From assembly GCA_021735245.1 (NCBI GenBank), contig JAIPHJ010000003.1, forward strand, positions 15,717 through 79,716: 64,000 nt of DNA, given 5' to 3'. The stretch comes from Candidatus Bipolaricaulota bacterium (GTDB lineage: Bacteria; Bipolaricaulota; Bipolaricaulia; M55B111). Each line of letters begins with the position of its first letter. Position 1 is the first letter of the stretch. The position numbers and the translations under genes were made by a program. Of the stretch, positions 50,101 through 59,599 are shown piece by piece. The notes under the pieces were generated by a model. That model worked only from the letters and a program-made list of their open reading frames with translations. It ran no database searches and had not been told where the DNA came from.

Positions 50101-50472
50101 ATAGAAAAAGTTGGAATGAAGGTAACAGAGGAATACGAGGAAGACCATGGGTGGGAGCCGGAAGACGTCTCCGATGAAAATCTTGGTTTTGACGTTCGCT
50201 CTATCAAGTACGCTGAGGATGGATCAGTAGATGGAAAAAGGTATATCGAAGTCAAAGCCCGCTCAAGAGAAGGTGGAGTCCGTCTATCAGCAAACGAGTG
50301 GAAAAAGGCCAAGAGATTTAGCGATGAGTTTTGGTTATACGTAGTTATGAACGCTGGCACTAATAATCCTGAATTACGAAGGATCAATGATCCTGCAAGC
50401 AAGTTTAGTTTGGAAGAAGATATTTACGCCACCGGCTATAAAATACCGCAAGAGAACCTTAAGGAGGTTTGA
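47107..50472 (+). CDS. SNF2-family helicase with C-terminal DUF3883 domain (1121 aa)
   Basis: Motif I IADDAGAGKT, motif II VVVDEAHK, motif VI QRMGRIHRYGQ. C-terminal GFDVRS...RYIEVKARS...LSANEWKKA...FWLYVV matches DUF3883. Confidence 0.88.
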   Translation: MEQRLEEGQLVEAPFLSGRGELKSVKKRPGYHKLEVLIEDTNQLKTFTLTEEEVDKIKTIDQTERMIEDSEDFFLGIEASRIRLAHQFDPILAVNTAKIDPLPHQMEAVYEYALKNSPRVRFMIADDAGAGKTIMGGLLIKELQYRNLANRILIVVPGHLKYQWQREMKDKFDTNFRMINRNAIKTSFSENVWEEHNRCIATVDFLKQDDILNSIKGTYWDLVVVDEAHKMAAYKYGDDVKKTDRYQAGEVLSDQSTHMLFLTATPHKGDKENFRLFLNLLRPGYFSKEGLIEKSVQQGDNPVFIRRLKEDLRRFDGSKIFPPRHVITAKFNLTKAERHLYEGVTRYVQDYYDQAKEKRHIGFAMMILQRRLTSSTNAILESLKTRKDKLHDLMELPEKIQQSDEYDEVLRKSDEQLEEEMEEMEEEKRWELEQKLTNLTIANNLEDVEKEIEKVSELIERAKKVKEQGIENKLKKLKEEVLSELHGRKLLIFTEFKDTLEYLVEKLTEWGYSTTQIEGGMKMEERVDAEKEFKEDKQIMVATEAAGEGINLQFCSLMVNYDIPWNPTRLEQRMGRIHRYGQDDEVYIWNIISKDTREGQILGKLFTKLERMRKDLGTDRVFDIIGDVTPGTDFGQMFKEAIFEQRKIDEIYGDIDRTSSDKADELLEKATAEGLATKHLNYTGMEKLRMKAKENRLVPEYIKDYFLRAFNKLEEGEIKQVRDYYRIESVPYELRKYNNDAEFLDQYGEIKKLYKKVAFDKETAGQEGYEQIKPGHPLLEALNKKTLQKLKNPGQFALFADSTGKLEGTLWFYRGEIEDGSGAVAGKKIFCLHENPDGEVNQVNPSVLWDLDPKDPEERGNLEVDIEDYKGSEENAEDYLVNKLLFPYKEELVEEREEEAKIKRKYGLKSLDYLISESNDKLLEYDQKLSEGKDYDMVIRQEEKRKQRLERKRDELEKEIEQETNLKVSGSTVKGKAIVVPTKEESETTGKDMVSDEGIEKVGMKVTEEYEEDHGWEPEDVSDENLGFDVRSIKYAEDGSVDGKRYIEVKARSREGGVRLSANEWKKAKRFSDEFWLYVVMNAGTNNPELRRINDPASKFSLEEDIYATGYKIPQENLKEV

Positions 50473-50474
50473 TT

Positions 50475-53324
50475 TTGCAGAGAAAATTTATCGAACACGA
50501 TTTACCTTTGAAAGAGATATCGGAAGAATCAGCTCGAGAGAAAAACATTAGGCACGGACACCCCTCTACCCTACATATATGGTGGGCAAGAAAACCTCTA
50601 GCTGCTTCTAGGGCAGTTGCACTAGCTACTTTATTGGATGATCCCGGGGAAGAGAATCCCGAAAAGCGTGAAGAGATAAGAGATCTTATAAAAGAAATTG
50701 TCCCTTGGGAAGAAGTAAAAAACGGGAACTCAGACACCATTAAAAGAGCCCAAGAGTTAGTAGAAGAACAGTATGGTGATAACCCACCAAAGGTTCTCGA
50801 TCCTTTTGCTGGCGGAGGCTCTATTCCTTTGGAGTCTTTAAGAGTTGGGGCAGAGACCTATGCAAGTGACTACAACCCTGTTGCAGTCTTAACTGAAAAG
50901 GCAACTGTTGAATGGCCTCAGAAGTTCGGTGTTGATGTGGAAATTCCGGAGAAATTAAAAGGAGAAAATGAGGCATCTGATGTACTATCTTTGGGATCAG
51001 GAAAAAATAATACAAACCTCCTTGCTCTCATGGTTGAACGTTGGGCAAACAAGGTATCGGAAGAGGCAAAAGATGAAATCGGTCAGTTCTATCCCGAGGA
51101 AGGAGGTACGGGACTCGTAGGAAAAAAAGGAGCATCGGAGAATGATGGATGGATTCCTGTGGGTTATTACTACAATCGCACAATTACTTGCCAAAATCCT
51201 AACTGCAATACAAGTATACCGCTTACGGCAAATTTCTGGCTTGCAAAGAAGAAGAACAAAAAAATTGCCTACCGCCCTATAACTGATAAAGAGACTAACA
51301 AAATAGACTTTGAACTATTGCAAGGAAAAGCGCTTGAAGCAGCAATGAACGATGGATTTGATCCAAGCGAAGGAACAGTTTCTCGGGCTAATGCAACTTG
51401 TCCCTTATGTGGTCAGGTCACTAAGGCAGAGCAAGTACGTCAACTTGCCCGCGGAGGAGACATGGATCAAGAGATGATAGCTGTTGTTTTACACCATCCT
51501 GATGAAACGGGAAAAAAGTACCGTTTAGCAAACGAAGATGATTTAAGCACTTTTAAGGAGGCCAAAAGTTATTTAGAGAAAAAGATCCAAGATTGGCCAT
51601 ACATGGAAAACCCTTTGCCGAATGAAGATATTCCTAATCTTCGTGGTGTAATTAAAACACCTCTATATGGTATTGAGAAATGGAAAGATTTATTTAATTC
51701 CCGCCAACAGCTAGCGATGATTACTTTTCTAGAAAAGATTAGGGATTCATATAAAGATATCAAGAATGAAATGGAACAGATTCTGGAAAAGAATCAAGAT
51801 TTAAATATTAAATGTGAAGCTTTTGCAAAAGCTATAATGGGCTATTTAGGAATTATTCTTGATCGTCAGGCAGATTATAATTCTACTCTTGCGATTTGGT
51901 GTACAGGTGGTTTTATCTCCCACACTTTTGGAAGGCAAGCTCTTCCAATGACATGGGATTTTTTTGAACTTAATCCCTTTAGCTTGTCAACAGGAGATTG
52001 GAAGGGTGCAATGGACTGGGTTCTCCGTTTTATTAAAAACAACCAAAGGCCAGGGAGAACCAAGGCTACCACAAAACAGACTTCTGCTACGGATCTCCCT
52101 TTTGCTGACAGCTCCTTTGACGCAATTGTAACAGACCCTCCTTATTACTATGACATTACCTATGCTGATCTATCTGACTTTTTTTATGTGTGGTTGAAAA
52201 GGTCAATTGGGGAATATTTTCCGGAACTTTTTTCAACCCCCCTGATTCCCAAGGAGGAAGAGATTTTGGAAGGCTCATTTTGGGACAAAGAACTATATCA
52301 ACACAAAGATAGCGATTTTTTCGAGGAAAAGCTTAAAAAAGCTTTTAACGAGATGAATCGTGTTTTGAAACCAGGTGGAATTGCAGCAATTATTTATGCC
52401 CATAAAACTACAGAAGGATGGGAAACCATGCTAAATGGCTTGTTAGAAAACGGCTTTGTTGTGACAGCATCTTGGCCTGTTCATACAGAGAGGGATGCTA
52501 GACTTTCAGCTGCTCGTTCTGCATCTTTAGCTTCTTCGATTTACATGGTATGCCGCAAAACGGAAAGAGAAGAATTGGGCTTCTGGAAAGATTTGAAGCC
52601 GAATATTGAAAAGAGAGTAGAAGAAAAGTTAGATCAATTTTGGAAGGAGGGAATTGTTGGAGGAGATCTGTTTATTTCTGCAATAGGTCCCGGTATGGAA
52701 ATTTTTAGCCAGTACAAAGAAGTGCAGAAGTACTCCGGTGAAGAAGTATTAACTCTGGAATTACTTACCTTTATCAGATCAATTACCACTGATTTTGTCG
52801 TGAATAGATTGCTGAAAGATGCCTCACCATCTGAAATAGATAAGGAATCCCAATTCTACCTTGCCTATCGCTGGACCTATTTAGATAACAAAGTCGAGTA
52901 CGACGCGGCAAGAAAGATTGCCAGTGGAATGGGCGTGGATATAGAAGAAATGGATGATGAGACCGGTTTTGTCAAGAAGACGAGGAAGTACGTTAGAGTT
53001 TATGGCCCGGAAGATAGGACCGATTACGAGGATAATGTAGACGACATTGAAGTCAATACAATGGTAGATGCCATGCACAAAAGCTTGCTACTTTGGGAAG
53101 ACGGAAGGAAAGAAGAGATTAATGAGTTACTGGCAGAGACTGGTTATGCCGAACAGGGTTCGTTCTGGCAGTTCTGCCAGGCGGTTTCCGAAAGCTTAGT
53201 CCAGGGAAACGATGAGAAAAAGAAATTAGAAGGCTTCTTGATGGGCAGAGATAAATACGTGCAATCCGCAAAAGAAATGAACGAACAAGCCGAAAAGACG
53301 AAAGATATGTTCGAGGAGGATTAG
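50475..53324 (+). CDS. DUF1156-type DNA methyltransferase with Zn-ribbon (COG1743-like, N6-adenine/N4-cytosine class)
   Basis: RHGHPSTLHIWWARKPLAASRAV (DUF1156), CQNPNC...CPLCGQ zinc ribbon, IVTDPPYYYD (motif IV DPPY). Start taken as TTG 50475, 7 nt after AAGGAGG (the track ORF starts at 50469); overlaps the helicase stop. Confidence 0.88.
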   Translation: MQRKFIEHDLPLKEISEESAREKNIRHGHPSTLHIWWARKPLAASRAVALATLLDDPGEENPEKREEIRDLIKEIVPWEEVKNGNSDTIKRAQELVEEQYGDNPPKVLDPFAGGGSIPLESLRVGAETYASDYNPVAVLTEKATVEWPQKFGVDVEIPEKLKGENEASDVLSLGSGKNNTNLLALMVERWANKVSEEAKDEIGQFYPEEGGTGLVGKKGASENDGWIPVGYYYNRTITCQNPNCNTSIPLTANFWLAKKKNKKIAYRPITDKETNKIDFELLQGKALEAAMNDGFDPSEGTVSRANATCPLCGQVTKAEQVRQLARGGDMDQEMIAVVLHHPDETGKKYRLANEDDLSTFKEAKSYLEKKIQDWPYMENPLPNEDIPNLRGVIKTPLYGIEKWKDLFNSRQQLAMITFLEKIRDSYKDIKNEMEQILEKNQDLNIKCEAFAKAIMGYLGIILDRQADYNSTLAIWCTGGFISHTFGRQALPMTWDFFELNPFSLSTGDWKGAMDWVLRFIKNNQRPGRTKATTKQTSATDLPFADSSFDAIVTDPPYYYDITYADLSDFFYVWLKRSIGEYFPELFSTPLIPKEEEILEGSFWDKELYQHKDSDFFEEKLKKAFNEMNRVLKPGGIAAIIYAHKTTEGWETMLNGLLENGFVVTASWPVHTERDARLSAARSASLASSIYMVCRKTEREELGFWKDLKPNIEKRVEEKLDQFWKEGIVGGDLFISAIGPGMEIFSQYKEVQKYSGEEVLTLELLTFIRSITTDFVVNRLLKDASPSEIDKESQFYLAYRWTYLDNKVEYDAARKIASGMGVDIEEMDDETGFVKKTRKYVRVYGPEDRTDYEDNVDDIEVNTMVDAMHKSLLLWEDGRKEEINELLAETGYAEQGSFWQFCQAVSESLVQGNDEKKKLEGFLMGRDKYVQSAKEMNEQAEKTKDMFEED

Positions 53325-53325
53325 T

Positions 53326-56061
53326 ATGAAAAACTGGTACGAGGTGGCTGAACCTCACGAAGATATAAAGAACGAAGAGTTCGGGATGGACGTTTTTGCC
53401 GCTGACATCGGAGACGTAGTTACCGACTCCGCTCCAATGGACTACAATGACCCGGACACCTTTGCCCGGAAGACTTATTATACCGAAGGTTTAACCGGGC
53501 TTTTGGAAAAAGTTCAGAAAAGACTTACCAAGGGTCGAGGGGACTCGATAATTCAACTGCAGACCCCATTTGGGGGCGGAAAGACCCATTCACTGCTCTC
53601 TATTTATCATTACATAAATAGCGGGGCACAGATAAGTAATTTACTACCGAGTGAAGTATCACCGGTAGAGGCAAAAAGCGCAGTTTTACCCTGTGATCAT
53701 TTAAACCCCCAGGAAGGTCGAAGAGAAGATGGAATAAATATACAAACTCTCTGGGGAGAGATTGGTTACCGCCTGGATGGAGAGGAAGGTTATGAAGAGT
53801 TCTCTGAAAACGACGAGAACAGAATCGCCCCCGGAGCTGACAAATTAACTGACTTTCTACAAAGCCAGGAACCGTTTGTTCTATTGTTTGACGAGGTCTT
53901 GGAGTACATCTCAAATGCCCTGGGTGTAGAATACGCAAAGTCCAACTTGGGATCTCAGACTTTCAGTTTTCTGAAAGGCTTAACCAAAGCTGTTGGGTCT
54001 GCGGATAACGGGCTTTTGGTCGTAACGCTACCTTCAAGTGAACTTGAAGACTTTACACCGAAAAAGGAAGAGGGGCTCGCGACTCTAAACAAGATTTTTG
54101 GTCGGGTGGAAACCATAGAGTCGCCAGTTAGAGGCGACGAAATCTATACCATTATCCAAAAAAGGCTCTTTCAAAACCTGGATGAGAGCAAAAGAGACGA
54201 CGTTGTCCATGAGTACTTCGAAAATTACAGAAGCCACAAGGAGGACGTACCGGCAAAGGCAACGGAAAAGGAATATAAAGAAAGACTTAACTTAGCTTAC
54301 CCATTTCACCCGGAGACAATCGACATCTTACGAGAGAAGTGGGGGACATTTTCTAGTTTTCAACGGACTAGAGGCGTACTGAGGTTGTTGGCTCAAGTGG
54401 TGGGGGACCTTTACCAAAGCGAGAAGAACATCGACATGATACTGCCGGCCGACGTAAGCCTTGACGATGAGAACATAAGACAGGAGTTCACCAAACATAT
54501 TGGAACACAATATGATAGCATTATTGCCTCCGATATCGCCGGCCCCGACGCGAAAGCACAAGCCTTGGATAGAAGCAACAAAGAATGGAACCACCTGGCA
54601 GAGAGAATAACGACTGCAATCTTTCTCCATTCGTTTACTGCCGAAGACAGCGAAAAGGGCTCCGGGCTTGAACAGATAAAACTGAGTACAATGAGACCGG
54701 AAACGAGTCCTCCTATGGTTACTGAGATCAAGGAAAAACTGGCAGGGGAACTTTGGTACCTAAACGAACGTGACGGAAATTATTACTTCTCTACGATCCC
54801 CAACCTGAATCGGATGATCCGGGATAAAAAAGAATTGTTGCAGAGCGAGGAAGAAAAGATTAGGAAAAGGCTTAAGAATACGATCAAGGACGAAGTGGGA
54901 AATGCACTAAAGACTTTCGTATGGCCAAGGAGACCAAACGATATCCCGGATAATCAGCAACTAAAGTTAATAGTCCTAGATCCGGACCGGGAATACGATT
55001 TAGAAAAATGGATCACTAAAAGGAAGAACAAACCTAGAACAAACCAGAATACTCTGATTTTCGGTAAAGCCAGCTCAAAAGGTACCGGTAATTTGAAGGA
55101 CCAAATAAAGGAACACATGGCTCTAGTTGAGATAAGAAAAGAAATCCGTTCCGGCGAGAACGAAAGCCTAGAGACCAAGCTAGAAGAGGTGCAAGATAGA
55201 ATAGACCAAATTGAAGGGGATTTCTCTTACAACGTCCGGAAAATGTATAATATTATCCAGGTTGGTAATCGAGAGATAGATATAGGAATGCCGTCTGCCG
55301 GCCGAGAGAGCCTTTCCAACTGGTACCGACAGCAGTTGGAAGACGAAGAAGAAATCCTTACTAACCTTCACTATCGGATGATTATCAATAAGTTCCTTGC
55401 AGATAAGGATGTCCTTAAAACCAAGAAGGTATTAGAACAATTCTACAAGGATAGAAGCAGCCCGATGTTAGAAGACGACGATTTGGTAAAAAGGGCGTTA
55501 GCTCGGGGAGTTTCCGACGGACAACTAGGAATTGGCCAGAAGGAATACGAAGACATTGATCCCGATTCGGTGTTTTTCGATGAACAAATTAACAAAGACC
55601 GGATTAGCCTTAGCGAATCGGAAGTAATGATAAGCAAGGATAAAGCAAAGAGCTTAATCGAAATAGGAGAAGAGGAAGAAGAGAAAACCGGAGAAAAGGG
55701 TGGGGGTGAAATTGAGCAACCAGGGCCGGAGGTTCCTACTGGTGTCGGTGGTGGGCCAGGCACAGCCACTGAAGAGGGTGGAGAACAAAAGGTGGGGACC
55801 AGTGAAACTGGATCCGATACCCCGTCGACGAAAAAATACCGAAAACTAAATCTTAGTATAGATAACCTGCCGACAAATAGTTTTGCCGACTTCTTCAAAG
55901 GCGTAATAAAGCCACTTACGAAAGAGATTGGTGGATTTGAATTAAAAGTAGAGATTGATATTGAAAATGAAGATGGTGTAGATGAAGAGATTTATGAAAA
56001 AACAATTAAGGAAACAATAAATCAACTTAAGGCCAAGCTAACAAGAGAAGAGCTCGAATAG
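53326..56061 (+). CDS. DUF499 P-loop ATPase (COG1483; BrxC/PglY-related) (911 aa)
   Basis: N-terminus WYEVAEPHEDI...FAADIGDV and TPFGGGKTHSLLSIYH are the DUF499 hallmarks. ATG lies 1 nt after the methylase stop. Confidence 0.85.
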   Translation: MKNWYEVAEPHEDIKNEEFGMDVFAADIGDVVTDSAPMDYNDPDTFARKTYYTEGLTGLLEKVQKRLTKGRGDSIIQLQTPFGGGKTHSLLSIYHYINSGAQISNLLPSEVSPVEAKSAVLPCDHLNPQEGRREDGINIQTLWGEIGYRLDGEEGYEEFSENDENRIAPGADKLTDFLQSQEPFVLLFDEVLEYISNALGVEYAKSNLGSQTFSFLKGLTKAVGSADNGLLVVTLPSSELEDFTPKKEEGLATLNKIFGRVETIESPVRGDEIYTIIQKRLFQNLDESKRDDVVHEYFENYRSHKEDVPAKATEKEYKERLNLAYPFHPETIDILREKWGTFSSFQRTRGVLRLLAQVVGDLYQSEKNIDMILPADVSLDDENIRQEFTKHIGTQYDSIIASDIAGPDAKAQALDRSNKEWNHLAERITTAIFLHSFTAEDSEKGSGLEQIKLSTMRPETSPPMVTEIKEKLAGELWYLNERDGNYYFSTIPNLNRMIRDKKELLQSEEEKIRKRLKNTIKDEVGNALKTFVWPRRPNDIPDNQQLKLIVLDPDREYDLEKWITKRKNKPRTNQNTLIFGKASSKGTGNLKDQIKEHMALVEIRKEIRSGENESLETKLEEVQDRIDQIEGDFSYNVRKMYNIIQVGNREIDIGMPSAGRESLSNWYRQQLEDEEEILTNLHYRMIINKFLADKDVLKTKKVLEQFYKDRSSPMLEDDDLVKRALARGVSDGQLGIGQKEYEDIDPDSVFFDEQINKDRISLSESEVMISKDKAKSLIEIGEEEEEKTGEKGGGEIEQPGPEVPTGVGGGPGTATEEGGEQKVGTSETGSDTPSTKKYRKLNLSIDNLPTNSFADFFKGVIKPLTKEIGGFELKVEIDIENEDGVDEEIYEKTIKETINQLKAKLTREELE

Positions 56062-56223
56062 AAAAAGATATGAATGTGGGCCTATGCATTGGAAAAGTTT
56101 GAATGGAGTTGAGTTTGTTTAAAAGTGTAGCAAAATAACGTTGTGCTATATGCTAAGGAACTAGATAAATCAGTGGCTGAAAGTCATTAATGTAAGTAAA
56201 ACCGGGGGTGAGTACTTAATAAA

Positions 56224-58065
56224 ATGGAATCCAATACTCTAACTTTAAGTGACGTATTTACTAAAGATATTAGATACGTAGTCCCAATGTTCCAGCGGCC
56301 CTATGTTTGGAACGAGGAAGAACACTGGAAGCTTTTATGGGAAGATATTCTACAGGTTGTAAATGAAGAATTAGATAAACAGAATGAGATGTCTGGTAAA
56401 GAAGCTATAAGTCAAAGAGATTCCGAGAATAAGGCATCGCCACATTTTTTAGGTGCTATTGTGCTTGATCAAAAAACAAATCCGATAAAGAAGTTAGAAA
56501 CACGCGAGGTCATAGACGGACAGCAACGGTTAATTACACTACAAGTTTTTTTATCAGCAGCCCAGGAATTTGCCAAAGAGAACGGATTCAACAAAAAATC
56601 CCAAATCTTTAAAAGACTTATCTATAACGACAAGGTTATCATCGAGGAAGATAAAAGTCTGTTCAAAGTGTGGCCTATTGAGAGAGATCGTGAGGCCTAT
56701 AGATATTTGATGGAAACAGGTAATGGAAAAGAGCAAACAAGTTCAGAGATAGAAGAACATCAAATATACCAATGCTACCAATATTTTTTAGAGAGGTTGA
56801 ATGAATGGGCTGAAGGAGAAGAAGAGCCTATAGGGAATTTACTAGAAGCATTAGAAACGACAATATGGCATCTCATCAAACTTGTCGTCATTGATCTCGA
56901 TTCTAACGACGATGCTCAGGTGATTTTTGAAACATTAAATGCACGTGGCACACCACTATTAGCAGCTGACCTGATAAAGAATTATTCATTAAGAGAAGTA
57001 ATACATACTAAGCAAAAAACGGAAAGCCTATACGAAAATTACTGGAAAGAGTTTGATGAAGATAAATGGCGAGAAGAGGTAAGTCAAGGTAGATTGGAAC
57101 GGCCTCGAATTGACGTATTCATTATGCACTGGCTCACGATGAAAACGGCGAAACAGGTTCGGGCCAAGAAGCTGTTTCCATCTTTCAAGAAATATCTTGA
57201 TAGAACAAACGATGATATCGAAGACCTTTTAAAAGACATTAATCATTATGCGAATGTATATCTCGGCTTTTCAGATTCGGAACGTGAGGACCGCATTGGT
57301 TTGTTCTTTAACAGGCTTGAGGTAATGGACACTACCACTCCTTACCCTCCTCTTCTATGGATGTTTGGTAATAACTCAATCCCTGATGAGCAAAAGAGAA
57401 CAGCAGTGGAGGTTATAGAAAGCTGGTTGATAAGAAGAATGCTGTGTAAACTAACGACGAAGAATTATAACAATATTTTTATTGACTTGTTAGAGGCACT
57501 AAAAAACAGTAATCCTGACGAAACCGGGCAAACTGTCGTAGAGTTTTTCCGGTCAAAGGAAGGTGAGAGCGAATATTGGCCGGACAATAAGAAACTTAAG
57601 GAATCAATAGTTGAGTTGCCCTACTGGGGGAGAATTAACCAGCGTAGGTTAAAAATGGTTTTTCGAGCTCTGGAGAGAGAGCTTAGGAAGGAAGGATTCA
57701 GCGAATCTCGCGAAATAACCGAGACACTTCATATTGAACATATTCTTCCTCGGGAATGGGCTCATAACTGGAGTTTGCCTGGAATACAGCCCGAAGAAGT
57801 TGAACGGATGGAAAGGGACAAAATGAAACATACATTTGGCAACCTGACAGTTTTGACGGAAAAGTTAAATTCGTCAGTCTCAAATGCGAGTTGGGATGTA
57901 AAACAGGAGAAAATACACGACCATTCGGTCCTTACACTAAACAAAGAATTAATAAAAAAATGGCCTGATCGATGGAACGAAGAGACAATTAAAGAGCGAG
58001 GCTTAGAACTTGCTAAAGTAGTAGTAGAGGTATGGCCGGAACCGGATTCGAGTTACTGGGATTAG
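56224..58065 (+). CDS. GmrSD-family type IV restriction-like enzyme (DUF262 + DUF1524)
   Basis: N-terminus YVVPMFQRPYVW and DGQQRLITL (DUF262/ParB-like). C-terminus HIEHILPREW...GNLTVLTEKLNSSVSN (DUF1524 His-Me finger). Confidence 0.88.
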   Translation: MESNTLTLSDVFTKDIRYVVPMFQRPYVWNEEEHWKLLWEDILQVVNEELDKQNEMSGKEAISQRDSENKASPHFLGAIVLDQKTNPIKKLETREVIDGQQRLITLQVFLSAAQEFAKENGFNKKSQIFKRLIYNDKVIIEEDKSLFKVWPIERDREAYRYLMETGNGKEQTSSEIEEHQIYQCYQYFLERLNEWAEGEEEPIGNLLEALETTIWHLIKLVVIDLDSNDDAQVIFETLNARGTPLLAADLIKNYSLREVIHTKQKTESLYENYWKEFDEDKWREEVSQGRLERPRIDVFIMHWLTMKTAKQVRAKKLFPSFKKYLDRTNDDIEDLLKDINHYANVYLGFSDSEREDRIGLFFNRLEVMDTTTPYPPLLWMFGNNSIPDEQKRTAVEVIESWLIRRMLCKLTTKNYNNIFIDLLEALKNSNPDETGQTVVEFFRSKEGESEYWPDNKKLKESIVELPYWGRINQRRLKMVFRALERELRKEGFSESREITETLHIEHILPREWAHNWSLPGIQPEEVERMERDKMKHTFGNLTVLTEKLNSSVSNASWDVKQEKIHDHSVLTLNKELIKKWPDRWNEETIKERGLELAKVVVEVWPEPDSSYWD

Positions 58066-58137
58066 AGGTCTAATGAAGCCATTGTTGCCTCAAAATAAGT
58101 AAGGAAACAATACGAGCGAGTTCAATATCTTTCGGAA

Positions 58138-58529
58138 ATGAATTTTCTTATAGACACGAACGTATTCTATCCTCTCGAACCAGCCACTGTCAAAGATATT
58201 GAGAGTGGAACTGGACCAGCTGCTAGGTTTGCTAGGCTTACTAGAAAAGAGGGACATAAGGTATTTCTTCACCCGGCATTCAAGCATGATCTCGAACAAG
58301 ATCGGGATGAGGAGCGAAAGAAACTAAGAAGTGTTCTGAAGGATAAGTATCCTCTTATCCCAAACCTCCACCTATTCATGAAGATGTAGAAGATATTGTT
58401 AGCAAGATTGAAAGAGGTTCTAATAATGAGACGGATGCAAAATTACTTTTTGCCGCCTTGTATAGCGCTATTGAGTATTTAGTAACGGAAGATAGGGGCA
58501 TCTTAAAAAAGCAAATCAACTGGGAATAA
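58138..58529 (+). pseudogene. PIN-domain nuclease gene interrupted by a frameshift
   Basis: Frame 1 (58138-58389) starts MNFLIDTNVFYPLE (PIN first acidic motif) and stops at TAG 58387-58389. The reading continues in another frame as EDIVSKIERGSNNETDAKLLFAALYSAIEYLVTEDRGILKK (PIN D...LVTxD) up to TAA 58527-58529. Confidence 0.6.
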
Positions 58530-58572
58530 GGGACCCGGTTTATTTCGTTTCAATAATCCCAAACTTATCCAC

Positions 58573-58600
58573 TTGCAAATTGGTTATGACGTGATAAAAT
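58573..58600 (+). promoter_or_regulatory. possible sigma70 promoter for the HTH gene
   Basis: TTGCAA, 16-nt spacer, TAAAAT. Confidence 0.35.
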
Positions 58601-58645
58601 GAGCTAACCTCACCCGTCGTTAACCTCCACTAATTTTTCTCCATT

Positions 58646-59173
58646 ATGTCAGAAAGCAACCAGACAAAATCCGGGAACGAGGATTACGAGCTCTCCGTAA
58701 AGCAGGCGGCAAAAGCCCTGGGTAAGTCGACTCGAACTATTCACAGGTATATCGAAAAGGGCAAGCTTTCCCGTACTTACGTCACAACCGAGAACGGGAA
58801 GGAAATACGCCTAAAAAGCGGGGAAATCATCCGGTTGGCGGCCAAGCTCAATGAAAGCGATGGCAAGCCACCCGAAGGCGATACCGGTGAGGAGGGCCCC
58901 GGTCCCTTCGGATCCGATGATCCAACCCACCTCGACATAAGGGAGGTCCTATCCCGGTACGAAAGAACTTTATATCAGCTGGGAGAGATGTCGGAGAAAC
59001 TAAAGGAGGCAAAACAAAAGAAGGAAGAACAAGTCCGGGAACTCAAACAGGAGCGGGACCAGCTGAAGGTCCGACTTACCAACAAGAAATCCCAGATAGA
59101 GACTCTGCGGGAAGAGGTCCAGCGTCCCTTCACTTTCCTAGAAAGGATCCTCGGCCACCGGAGAGAAAGTTAG
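58646..59173 (+). CDS. MerR/excisionase-type HTH protein with coiled-coil tail (175 aa)
   Basis: LSVKQAAKALGKSTRTIHRYIEKGKL (HTH_17-like), then a heptad-rich C-terminus. Confidence 0.65.
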   Translation: MSESNQTKSGNEDYELSVKQAAKALGKSTRTIHRYIEKGKLSRTYVTTENGKEIRLKSGEIIRLAAKLNESDGKPPEGDTGEEGPGPFGSDDPTHLDIREVLSRYERTLYQLGEMSEKLKEAKQKKEEQVRELKQERDQLKVRLTNKKSQIETLREEVQRPFTFLERILGHRRES

Positions 59174-59199
59174 TAATATCTCCGTGACGTAAATACCAT

Positions 59200-59364
59200 A
59201 TGCCTACCATAATCGACAGAGAGGCCCTGCCAGAGGAGGTTTGGGCTTTCCTCAAAAAGACCGAGAAGGAGATCGAGGACGACCAGCTGGTCGTCAGCCG
59301 GGAGGAGAAGAAGCTGGTCATTAAACCTTTGACACAATGGCTGGAAGACACCGAGGAGGGGTAA
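59200..59364 (+). CDS. possible 54-aa protein
   Basis: Own translation: MPTIIDREALPEEVWAFLKKTEKEIEDDQLVVSREEKKLVIKPLTQWLEDTEEG. Below the track cutoff; the two minus-strand track ORFs here look antisense-spurious. Confidence 0.35.
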   Translation: MPTIIDREALPEEVWAFLKKTEKEIEDDQLVVSREEKKLVIKPLTQWLEDTEEG

Positions 59365-59400
59365 GACACCCGGAAAAACCTCCGTCATAATCCCCCGGAG

Positions 59401-59599
59401 TTATCCACCGGCAATCCACAACGGGGGCTTTGAATGAAGTATTAGGGGGCGTTGTGTGAAGAAATCACGGGCTTTGTCTGAAGTATTAGGGGGCGTTGAA
59501 TGAAAAAAATCAGCTCTTAAGCCAAGCCAGCCGGCGAAACCACCAATTTACATTCTTTATATTATTTTTATTTAATACATTGTCAAAATAATCCACAAC
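59401..59599 (+). other. putative plasmid-type origin (oriV): DnaA-box-like sites, iterons, AT-rich tract
   Basis: TTATCCACC (59401), AATCCACAA (59413) and TAATCCACA (59587) resemble the DnaA box TTATCCACA. Two 30-nt iterons. AT-rich tract 59548-59590 directly upstream of the rep gene. Confidence 0.6.
59425..59498 (+). repeat. two 30-nt iterons, 44-nt period
   Basis: gggctttgaatgaagtattagggggcgttg (59425-59454) and gggctttgtctgaagtattagggggcgttg (59469-59498). Confidence 0.8.

Noticed and set aside
59425-59498. The two 30-nt direct repeats, considered as a mini CRISPR array
   Set aside because: There are only two copies and a 14-nt spacer. They lie immediately upstream of a Rep gene, flanked by DnaA-box-like sites and an AT-rich tract, which is an iteron origin. 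No cas genes are in the window.
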